Positions 1 to 7,730 of a DNA stretch of 64,000 bases are shown here, piece by piece. The DNA comes from a candidate division FCPU426 bacterium (GTDB taxonomy: Bacteria; Oederibacteriota; JAAXVQ01; JAUVAV01). The notes below the pieces were generated by a model that did no database searches, was not told the origin of the DNA, and saw nothing but the letters and a program-made list of their open reading frames with translations. The stretch covers positions 1,070,624 to 1,134,623 of the forward strand of contig JBFLYH010000002.1 of NCBI GenBank assembly GCA_040756875.1, given 5' to 3'. A program made the translations under genes and the position numbers. How positions within the stretch are numbered: the stretch's first letter is position 1; each line of letters starts with the position of its first letter.

Positions 1-441
1 GGGCGTGAAAATGAAGATCTGCCGCCGGGCCGGGTCCGCAACGAACAGCGTTCCATCCGCGCGCAAGGCGACGCCGGTGGGGGCGCCGGGCGGCTGACTG
101 CCGCCGATGACTTCCAGATGGAACAGGTCGGGATTGTATATCAGGTTGCCGCGGCCGGTGTTGGCGCCCGCGATGGTCAACAGGAATTCCGGCCCGGCTT
201 CCTGGTCCGAACCGCGCGTAAGCAGCAGTTGGCAGGCCAAATCCTCGGGATGATCAAGAACGGTCCGCTGGCCGATGAACAAGGCGAGAAGTTCGGGCGT
301 GCCGCGGTGAATGCCGAAAGGCGTGTGCCAAAAGGGCGGATAGACCAGGGTGGTGGGCTTGGATTCGATGAGTTCGGGTTCCGCCCAGGCCGGGGTGAGG
401 CAGAGGCAGCAGCACAGGGCTGACCAGGCAAGGAGACGCAT
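1..441 (-). CDS. Secreted NHL-repeat / beta-propeller-like protein, 5' part (runs off the left edge)
   Basis: Not in the ORF track (no stop in the window). Manual translation from ATG at 441: MRLLAWSALCCCLCLTPAWA-EPELIESKPTTLVYPPFWHTPFGIHRG...PTGVALRADGTLFVADPARRQIFIFTP. It has a Sec-type signal peptide (AWA site) and an NHL-type motif (PxGVA..DG.LFVAD...RxIxIF). Confidence 0.75.
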   Translation of the reverse strand, partial: MRLLAWSALCCCLCLTPAWAEPELIESKPTTLVYPPFWHTPFGIHRGTPELLALFIGQRTVLDHPEDLACQLLLTRGSDQEAGPEFLLTIAGANTGRGNLIYNPDLFHLEVIGGSQPPGAPTGVALRADGTLFVADPARRQIFIFTP

Positions 442-447
442 GGTTCT

Positions 448-476
448 GTGGTAACATGCGGGGCTGCGGCTGTCAA
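448..476 (-). promoter_or_regulatory. Putative sigma70 promoter of the NHL gene, leaderless layout
   Basis: Minus strand: TTGACA (476-471), 17-nt spacer ending TGT, TACCAC (453-448), 6 nt, ATG (441). No Shine-Dalgarno. Confidence 0.45.
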
Positions 477-512
477 TCCCTTGACTGGATATGCAAAGGG
501 GTGCAAAAGACG

Positions 513-1319
513 ATGCTCAGACAACCCGCGGTAGCGGGAATGTTTTATGAGCAAAACCCGGAAATGCTGCGCGACAATTTGGCGGAGCTGTGGCCCTCCC
601 CCCGGCCGGAGACGGTCGCGGCCATTGGGGCCATGACGCCCCATGCCGGCTACATGTATTCAGGCCGCACGGCGGCCAAGGTGTATGCGCGGCTGAATCC
701 GGCCGAGGTGGTGATCCTGCTGGGGCCCAACCATACCGGCCGGGGCTGGCCGATGGCCGTGTCCCACGCCGAAGCCTGGGCCACGCCGCTCGGCCGGGTG
801 CCGGTGGACCGCGACCTGACCGGTGGCTTGTTGCGCGAATGCCGTCTGGTGAAGGCCGATGATGCGGCGCACGAACGCGAACATGCGTTGGAAGTCCAGC
901 TGCCGTTTCTGCAACAAGCGTTTGGACGTTTCTCGATTGTGGCCGTGGCTCTCGGCACCGATGAATTTGCTCCACTCCAGGAATTGGGGCTGGTTTTGGC
1001 GCAACTGATCCGGTCGGACGCCAGACGCTGTCTGCTGCTGGCGTCGTCGGACATGAATCATTTTGCCACTCTGACGCGGACCAAGGACCTGGACCACAAG
1101 GCGCTGCAGCAGGTGCTGAGCCGCAATCCGCAGGGGCTGCTGGAAACCGTGGCCCGGGAGCGGATTTCGATGTGCGGTGCGATTGCCGCTGCGGTGATGC
1201 TGGTCGCCGCCGCGGAACTGGGGGCGGACAAGGCCGAACTGGTGGATTACACCACCTCGGCGGAAACGTCGGGGGACGCGCACAGAGTGGTCGGCTATGC
1301 CGGCGTCATCGTGCGTTAG
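513..1319 (+). CDS. amrB: AmmeMemoRadiSam system protein B (MEMO1 family)
   Basis: Motifs RQPAVAGMFY, PHAGYMYSG, LLGPNHTG, TPLG, HEREHALEVQLPFLQ, ASSDMNHF, ISMCG, VVGYAG. The family N-terminus fits ATG 513 better than the ORF-track start at 456. Confidence 0.93.
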   Translation: MLRQPAVAGMFYEQNPEMLRDNLAELWPSPRPETVAAIGAMTPHAGYMYSGRTAAKVYARLNPAEVVILLGPNHTGRGWPMAVSHAEAWATPLGRVPVDRDLTGGLLRECRLVKADDAAHEREHALEVQLPFLQQAFGRFSIVAVALGTDEFAPLQELGLVLAQLIRSDARRCLLLASSDMNHFATLTRTKDLDHKALQQVLSRNPQGLLETVARERISMCGAIAAAVMLVAAAELGADKAELVDYTTSAETSGDAHRVVGYAGVIVR

Positions 1320-1336
1320 GAGGGAAGGAGGCGCCA

Positions 1337-1675
1337 ATGGAGTTGTGCGTGCTATTCATCACGGTTCCGAATGCCGAGGTCGGGGAGCGCGTGGCCCGCG
1401 CCCTGGTTGAGGAGCGGCTGGCCGCCTGCGTGAACCGCGTTCCCGGCCTGACCTCGATCTACCGCTGGCAGGGCAAAATCGAATGCGATCCCGAGGAGTT
1501 GCTGGTGGTGAAGACCCGCCAGTCCTTGGTGCCGGAGCTGGCGGCGCGCGTGCAGGCATTGCATCCCTACCAAGTACCCGAAGTCATCGCCCTGCCGATC
1601 GTGGCCGGCCTCCCTTCCTACCTGGACTGGGTCGCCGCTGAAACCCGCGACGGCAGCCAGAGGCCATCCGCGTGA
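1337..1675 (+). CDS. cutA: Divalent-cation tolerance protein CutA
   Basis: LVEERLAACVN, SIYRWQGKIE, LLVVKT, HPYQVPEVIALPI, YLDWV. RBS AAGGAGG just before ATG 1337. Confidence 0.95.
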   Translation: MELCVLFITVPNAEVGERVARALVEERLAACVNRVPGLTSIYRWQGKIECDPEELLVVKTRQSLVPELAARVQALHPYQVPEVIALPIVAGLPSYLDWVAAETRDGSQRPSA

Positions 1676-3771
1676 GCAAGCGCCGAACCGCTTCTATGCG
1701 GCATTCATCGTTTGTCCGGGCGCTGCAGACTGCACCCGATCTGCCACAGTTGGGAAAGGCGCTGGCAGCCGAGTGCCGGCAGCTTTCAGGCGCGCGGGCG
1801 GCCTGGTGCCTGCTGTTGTCCGAAGATGAACAGGCGCCCGTACTGCTTGGCGGTCCCGGCCGATCTACGGTTCCTCCCATTCTCCCGGAGGGGATAGCTG
1901 CCTGGGTCCTGGAACGGCAGCAAAGCCTTAAACTTCAGCCCCGGCCGGTGCCGGTATTTCAGGTTCAACCGCAAGGCCGGCTAGCCGGGTTCCGTGCCTG
2001 CCGCGAATCACGATCGCTCCATAAACGCCTGCAGCAAGACCTGGCCTGGATGGCTCCCGCCTGTCTTTCGCAGGCGTTGTTGTGGCTGCCGCTGACGGCG
2101 AACGCGCTTTTGATTCTATGCCGCCCCGCCTGGACCGAGGCCAGCCTGGAGGCACTGGGGCCGGCGCTGGAATTGGGGCGCCTGGCCTGGACCATGCTGG
2201 AGCGGCGGCATCAGCTAGAGCAACATGCACGGCAGACCGCGGCTGCCTCCGAAATCGCGCAAAACTTGAGCGCCACCCTGGAGCTGGACATCCTGTTGCG
2301 GTTGATCATCCTGGAAATAACGAAGACCATGCGCTGCCAAGCCGGTGACATTTGGCTCAAACCCGACAAACGGCCACAGCCGGTTTTCCGCACCGGCTTG
2401 GGAATCAGCACGGCCGCCCGGGGCAGGCTGATGGCCGGCAACCGGACCCAACAGGCGCTTGAATCCGGGGAGCCGGTTTGGATTGAAGATGTTGCCGCGC
2501 GCACGGACCTTGACCAGCGGATGCTTAACCAGGAAGGGATCGCCGGCCTGGCTGTAATCCCGCTGAAGGTGAAAAGCAGGGCCATCGGCGTCCTGCATCT
2601 CTTCGCCAAGCGGCCGCGTTTTTTTTCGCAGGCCGAACGCCAGCTGATCAAGACTCTTGCCAGCCAGGCTGCGCTGGCCATCGAAAACGCGCGACTGTTC
2701 GAGGAGACCAAGCGCCGGGCGCAGGAACTGCTGGCATTGTACGAAGTAGCCCAGTTGCTGAGCGAAATCTCCAATGTCAACCTGGCGCTGAAGCAAATCA
2801 TCGAGCGGGTGAGCGAACTGTTGAACGTGGAAAAATGCTGGTTCTTGTTATGGAACGAAGCCTCCGGTGTTTTGACCGCCCACCCGTCCGCCGTCGGCCT
2901 GGACGAGGAGCAGATTGCGGACCTGCGGCTGCGAGCCGATACGCAGGGCGTTTCCGCCCAGGTTTTCCGCACCGGCCAAACCGCGGTTTACAATACCGCG
3001 CAGGAGGAAGCGTCGGTCCGGGAGGAATTCGGCCGCCGGTTTCAATTGCGCACGCTCCTAGCCGTCGGTCTGCGGCATCAGGACGCCAATCTGGGCGTGT
3101 TTCTGGCGGCCAACAAGCGGGGCGAGGCCGTGTTCGACGGCAATGATGTGCGGCTGTTCCGGACCCTGGCTTCGGAGGCGGCGGTGGTGATCCAGAACGC
3201 GCGGCTGTATGCGCGGTTGCGGCGAAGTTATTTTTCCATGGTGCAGATGATCGCCGAACTGGTGGACGCCCACGAACCATATCCGGCGGGCCATTCCGAA
3301 AGAGTGGCCAACTATGCGGCGGCCATGGCCCTGCAAATGGGCCTGGGGAACGAAGAAGTCGAGAAAATCCGCATGGCCGGCCGTTTGCACGACTTGGGCA
3401 AACTCAAGCTGGCCGCGGTTTCCAAGTCGGAAATGGACCGCCATCCCGAAGTCGGCGTAGGAATGCTGGAGCATGTGGAATTTCCCTGGGAGATTACCCC
3501 GCTGATCCGCCATCACCATGAGACCTATGACGGCCAGGGATATCCGGACAGATTGCGGGGCGAAGCCATTCCTTTGGGGGCGCGCATCATCGCGGTGGCT
3601 GACGCGCTGGACATCCTCACCAATGGCGCCGACGACCAGCCGGGGCAGCGCACGCCTGCGCAGTCGTATCAGGAGATCACCGCTCAGGCGGGTTCGCGTT
3701 TTGACCCTGAGGTGGTCAAAGCCTTGGGTGAGATTTGGCCGGGATTATTCAGGTTGGAAGAAAAGGGTTGA
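1672..3771 (+). CDS. Multi-GAF sensor with C-terminal HD-GYP domain (putative cyclic-dinucleotide phosphodiesterase)
   Basis: Two clear GAF domains ending LASQAALAIENARLF and LASEAAVVIQNARLY. HD-GYP motifs HSERVA, LHDLGK, HHHETYDGQGYP, ARIIAVAD, FDPEVV. GTG start overlaps the cutA stop (GTGA). Confidence 0.88.
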   Translation: MSKRRTASMRHSSFVRALQTAPDLPQLGKALAAECRQLSGARAAWCLLLSEDEQAPVLLGGPGRSTVPPILPEGIAAWVLERQQSLKLQPRPVPVFQVQPQGRLAGFRACRESRSLHKRLQQDLAWMAPACLSQALLWLPLTANALLILCRPAWTEASLEALGPALELGRLAWTMLERRHQLEQHARQTAAASEIAQNLSATLELDILLRLIILEITKTMRCQAGDIWLKPDKRPQPVFRTGLGISTAARGRLMAGNRTQQALESGEPVWIEDVAARTDLDQRMLNQEGIAGLAVIPLKVKSRAIGVLHLFAKRPRFFSQAERQLIKTLASQAALAIENARLFEETKRRAQELLALYEVAQLLSEISNVNLALKQIIERVSELLNVEKCWFLLWNEASGVLTAHPSAVGLDEEQIADLRLRADTQGVSAQVFRTGQTAVYNTAQEEASVREEFGRRFQLRTLLAVGLRHQDANLGVFLAANKRGEAVFDGNDVRLFRTLASEAAVVIQNARLYARLRRSYFSMVQMIAELVDAHEPYPAGHSERVANYAAAMALQMGLGNEEVEKIRMAGRLHDLGKLKLAAVSKSEMDRHPEVGVGMLEHVEFPWEITPLIRHHHETYDGQGYPDRLRGEAIPLGARIIAVADALDILTNGADDQPGQRTPAQSYQEITAQAGSRFDPEVVKALGEIWPGLFRLEEKG

Positions 3772-3776
3772 AAAAC

Positions 3777-4712
3777 CTATGTTTTCAAGAGCTGACGGAT
3801 AGCGGCCGCTACATGGGCGGCATCTATACCGTATTTCGCGAATAACTCTTCCGGTTCTCCGGATTCTCCGAACACATCCTGTACCCCGAGCCGGCGGAAA
3901 GGAACCGCTGCGCTCGCCTCGGCCAATACTTCGGCCACCGCGCTGCCCAAGCCGCCGATCACCGTGTGCTCCTCGACCGTAACCAGAGCCCTGGTTTCCT
4001 GGGCCGCCGACAGCACGGCCTCGCGGTCAATGGGCTTGACGGTATGCAGGTTGATGACCCGCGCGGAGATCCCGTCCCGGGCCAGCTGTTCGGCCGCCCG
4101 CAGGGCTTCCACCACCGTCGTGCCGCAGGCGATAATGGCCGCATCGCGGCCCGGTTTCAACACCTGGGCCCGGCCCAGCACGAAGGGCTGGTCGGAAATG
4201 ATGTCTTCGACTTTGGGGCGGCCCAGCCGCAGGTACGCCGGTCCCTCGTGCTGGTACAAGGCCTTGGTCGCTGCCGCGGCCTGAGGTCCGTCGGCCGGCA
4301 CCACCACGGTGAAGTTGGGCATAATGCGCATCAAGGCCATGTCTTCAATGGCCTGGTGGGAGGCGCCGTCAGGACCGACCGACAAGCCGGCATGGCTGGC
4401 CGCGATTTTGACGTTGAGGTTGGGGAAGGCGATGGAATTGCGGACCTGGTCGTAGGCCCGGGCGGTGGCAAAGACCGCAAAGGTCGATGCGAAAGGTTTT
4501 TTTCCGCACGTGGCGATGCCGGCCGCCCAGCCGATCAGATTTTGTTCGGCCACGCCCAGATTGTAGAAGCGTTCGGGATATTTGGCGGCGAATAAATTGG
4601 TCTTGGTCGAACAGGACAGATCCGCGTCCAGCACGATCAGGTCGTCGTGCTGGGCGCCCAGTTCAACCAGGGCCTTTCCGTAGGCCTCGCGGGTTGCGAT
4701 TTTCTCACCCAT
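3777..4712 (-). CDS. tkt: Transketolase, C-terminal subunit (pyrimidine-binding and C-terminal domains)
   Basis: ATREAYG, LDADLS, GVAEQN, RAYDQVR, GPDGASHQ, GPAYLRLGR, TVEEH..GGLGSAVAE. Confidence 0.95.
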   Translation of the reverse strand: MGEKIATREAYGKALVELGAQHDDLIVLDADLSCSTKTNLFAAKYPERFYNLGVAEQNLIGWAAGIATCGKKPFASTFAVFATARAYDQVRNSIAFPNLNVKIAASHAGLSVGPDGASHQAIEDMALMRIMPNFTVVVPADGPQAAAATKALYQHEGPAYLRLGRPKVEDIISDQPFVLGRAQVLKPGRDAAIIACGTTVVEALRAAEQLARDGISARVINLHTVKPIDREAVLSAAQETRALVTVEEHTVIGGLGSAVAEVLAEASAAVPFRRLGVQDVFGESGEPEELFAKYGIDAAHVAAAIRQLLKT

Positions 4713-4751
4713 GCGCCGGCTCCTTCGCTGCGCGAACGCCAGGATGACGGG

Positions 4752-5585
4752 TCATTTCAACTCGTCCAAGGCCTGGCAGACTTGTTCCTGGTCCGGCGCG
4801 ATGCCGTGCCAGCATGCTTGGTTTTCCGTGAACGACACGCCTTTGCCCTTTACGGTCTGTGCGATGATTACGCTGGGGCGTTGGGTTTCCGCGCGCGCGA
4901 CTTCCAGGGCGGCGAGCAGTTGCCGGTAATCATGGCCGTTGGCGGGAATAACATTCCAGCCGAACGCCCGCCATTTCTCGTCCAGGGGATCCGTGTTCAT
5001 CACCGAGCAGGTTTCACCGTCGATCTGCAGGCCGTTCCGGTCGATGACGGCGCAAAGGTTGCCCAGCCGGTGGTGCGCGGCGCTCATGGCCGCCTCCCAA
5101 ACCTGGCCTTCGTTCAACTCCCCGTCTCCGAGCAGGACGTACACCCGGTAGGCCGCCCGACGGGCGGCGTCGAAGGCCATGGCCGCCATACCGCAGCCCA
5201 CGGACAAACCCTGGCCGAGCGAACCAGTGGACATTTCCACGCCCGGCGTCTTATTCATGTCCGGATGCCCTTGCAGGATGGAATTCAGCTTGCGCAGCGT
5301 GCGCAGATGGTCGGGCGAGAAAAAACCGCTGCGCGCCAGCACGGCGTACAACGCCGGTGCCGCGTGTCCCTTGGAGAGGATGAAGCGGTCTCGTTGCGGC
5401 CATTTCGGATTGGCGGGATCATAACGCAGTTCGGCCGTAAACAGCGTGGCTAAAATATCCGCGCAGGACAGCGAGCCGCCCGTATGGCCGGAGCCGGCCG
5501 CGCCGAGCATCTCGACGATATCCCTTCGCAGGGTCAGGGCCAGTTTGGCGATGGCCGCGGGATCGCGTTGCAGGGTGGAAACCAA
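4752..5585 (-). CDS. tkt: Transketolase, N-terminal (TPP-binding) subunit
   Basis: SGHTGGSLS, DRFILSKGHAAP, LQGHP, STGSLGQG, TPP motif GDGELNEG...DRN, TVKGKGV. TTG start with AGGAGG RBS at 5598-5593. Confidence 0.95.
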   Translation of the reverse strand: MVSTLQRDPAAIAKLALTLRRDIVEMLGAAGSGHTGGSLSCADILATLFTAELRYDPANPKWPQRDRFILSKGHAAPALYAVLARSGFFSPDHLRTLRKLNSILQGHPDMNKTPGVEMSTGSLGQGLSVGCGMAAMAFDAARRAAYRVYVLLGDGELNEGQVWEAAMSAAHHRLGNLCAVIDRNGLQIDGETCSVMNTDPLDEKWRAFGWNVIPANGHDYRQLLAALEVARAETQRPSVIIAQTVKGKGVSFTENQACWHGIAPDQEQVCQALDELK

Positions 5586-5613
5586 CGAAAAACCTCCTGA
5601 AAATATGCGGTGA

Positions 5614-5643
5614 ATCGTACTAAACCCCTCGGGGCTTTGTCAA
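5614..5643 (-). promoter_or_regulatory. Putative sigma70 promoter of the transketolase operon
   Basis: Minus strand TTGACA (5643-5638), 18 nt, TACGAT (5619-5614). Confidence 0.45.
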
Positions 5644-5722
5644 GCTTTAAAACCCGTATTCAGGAAAAAGACCCGGCGCAGGACCGGAGTATGTTGATAA
5701 CTACGATAAAAAACGGACCGCA

Positions 5723-5731
5723 TGCTATAAT
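5723..5731 (+). promoter_or_regulatory. Extended -10 promoter of lnt-1, leaderless layout
   Basis: TGCTATAAT (consensus TGnTATAAT) ends 6 nt before ATG 5738. No SD and no good -35. Confidence 0.55.
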
Positions 5732-5737
5732 CCAAAA

Positions 5738-7408
5738 ATGACGTTGCCCATGCCACGGACATTTTGGACCCAGGTGGCCGCAGCCGCCTTGGCCGGAGGC
5801 CTCTTGGCCCTTTCCTTTCCCAACGGCCTTTGGCCGCGGCTGGGCCAGGCTCCAGGCTGGCTGGCTTGGGTGGCGTTGGTGCCTTTTCTGCTGGCATGGC
5901 GCGATGCCAACTGGCCCCGGTGCTTTGCGCTGGGCTGGCTGCTCGGATTCGTTTATTTCTACACGATGATTTCCTGGCTGCCTCTCATCAACCGCGATAC
6001 CAATGTTGATAACGCCATTGGCAGGATCATATTCGCTTTTTTAGGAGGCCTCTACTTCGGCCTGTTCAGTTTTTCGGCCAAGGCGGTGACAGACCGTTTG
6101 CAGTGGCCTTCAGCGGTCGTCGTACCTTTGGCTTGGGTGGCATGGGAATATGTGAGGGGCCAAATCATTATTGGAGGCTGGCCCTGGGGCAGTCTGGGCC
6201 ATACCCAGTACGGCACTCCGCTGGTCCGTCAAGTGGCGGCTGTTGCTGGCGTCAGCGGAGTCTCCTATTGGGTCATGGCCGCGAATGCTGTTTTGGCGAG
6301 CGGCTGGTCGAGGAATTGGGCCGAACCGCTGCGGTGTTCAGTCAAGGATGCATTCCGGCGTCCGGGGTTGGCCGCCATGGTTCTGTTGCTGGCAGCGGGC
6401 TGGCTTTATCTTCTGGCACGCTGCACAGTGGAAGCGAGGGCATTTGCCCGGCAACCCGCCCCGCCGTTGCACCTGGCGCTCCTGCAGGGCAACCTCAATA
6501 CGGACCAGCGCTGGGATCAAGCCTACAAGGAAAACGTCTTCGCCCGCATGGAACCGCTGCATCGGCAGGCAGCGGCTACGCATCCGGACCTCGTCATTTG
6601 GGCGGAGTCCTGTTTTCCGGGCATCTTGGAATACGAACCGGAAAAGGCCTGGGAGGACCGGCTGCGGTCGTTGATCAGGGAAGCGGGCGTACCGACGCTT
6701 CTGACCAGCAATGAATATCAGCCGACGCATCTGCTCGAAGGCCCGCGCTTTCATCACTACAACAGCGCCTTTCTGCTCGGCGCCCAAGGCGAGACCCTGG
6801 GGCGTTACCGCAAGATCAGGCTGGTGCCGGGCGGCGAATACATCCCCTGGGAATGGATGAAGCGCTTTTTAAAGAGCGTAGTGCGCGAACCTATCCCTGT
6901 GGATTTCGAATCCGGCGAAGAATATGAACCGCTGCAGCTGGGCGGCCCAAACGGCACTTGGCGGTTTTCGCCGTTGATCTGTTATGAGGACCAGTTCGAG
7001 GAACTGGGATATCAGCTGGCCAAAAACGGCGCGCGGTTTTTCTGCTCTATGTCCAACGATGCCTGGGCAGGGCACTCGGCCATGAGCAGCCAACGCACGG
7101 CCATGGCGGTTTTTTTAGCCATCGAACACAGGGCGTATATGCCCAGGGCATCCATGACCGGCCCAACGACGGTGATTGATCCCTGGGGTAAAATAAGCTC
7201 TGCTTTGCCTTTCTTCACATCTGGTATGAAAACCGCCACCATCCACCCCGCGGACTTCACTACCTTTTTTTCCCGGTATGGCAATTTGATTCCCTTCATC
7301 ATAACCATCGTGTTTGGGTTCCTGATGATCATCAGCTGTTTGCCCAGGCGATTGGGCGCAGGAAATTTACCCCGCGCGGAAAATTCTCACCACCAACGAC
7401 CGGTTTGA
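5738..7408 (+). CDS. lnt: Apolipoprotein N-acyltransferase family protein, paralogue 1
   Basis: N-terminal TM bundle, WEYVRG..GGWPWGSLG, LLQGN, and the nitrilase-fold triad E (VIWAES), K (YRKIRLVPGGEY), C (PLICYE). Also VIDPWG and a C-terminal TM. Confidence 0.92.
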   Translation: MTLPMPRTFWTQVAAAALAGGLLALSFPNGLWPRLGQAPGWLAWVALVPFLLAWRDANWPRCFALGWLLGFVYFYTMISWLPLINRDTNVDNAIGRIIFAFLGGLYFGLFSFSAKAVTDRLQWPSAVVVPLAWVAWEYVRGQIIIGGWPWGSLGHTQYGTPLVRQVAAVAGVSGVSYWVMAANAVLASGWSRNWAEPLRCSVKDAFRRPGLAAMVLLLAAGWLYLLARCTVEARAFARQPAPPLHLALLQGNLNTDQRWDQAYKENVFARMEPLHRQAAATHPDLVIWAESCFPGILEYEPEKAWEDRLRSLIREAGVPTLLTSNEYQPTHLLEGPRFHHYNSAFLLGAQGETLGRYRKIRLVPGGEYIPWEWMKRFLKSVVREPIPVDFESGEEYEPLQLGGPNGTWRFSPLICYEDQFEELGYQLAKNGARFFCSMSNDAWAGHSAMSSQRTAMAVFLAIEHRAYMPRASMTGPTTVIDPWGKISSALPFFTSGMKTATIHPADFTTFFSRYGNLIPFIITIVFGFLMIISCLPRRLGAGNLPRAENSHHQRPV

Positions 7409-7491
7409 AAGATTATCCTTGTTTTTAAGGTATTTTTTTCATTAGCTGGATTATAAGCAGGTTTTTTTACCAAACCGCAGGACATTCAAAG

Positions 7492-7560
7492 AAAACCCTT
7501 GTAAATCAAAGGTAAAAACCAGGTCGCTTTTTTGACTCGGTCAAAAACCGGTGATATACT
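7492..7560 (+). promoter_or_regulatory. Giant A promoter: upstream box plus sigma70 -35 and extended -10
   Basis: AAAACCCTTGTAAAT (7492-7506); TTGACT (7532-7537); 17 nt; TGaTATACT (hexamer 7555-7560). Confidence 0.75.
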
Positions 7561-7730
7561 TAAGCTGAAATTTATTAAACTGGCATTTAATGTGCCGAAA
7601 AAGAAAGTTGTTACATATATGTCTGCGTCATTGAACAAATGCCAGCATCACCCGGCATGGTCCGGGTTGAAAGATAGATCGAATAGCCAAGAAGGTCGGG
7701 CGGACCGCTTGGTTTAATGAGGTGAGGACA

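Noticed and set aside
7567-7730. c-di-GMP riboswitch in the giant A leader, prompted by the nearby HD-GYP gene
   Set aside because: I could not find the conserved class I or class II sequence elements; only generic hairpins are present.
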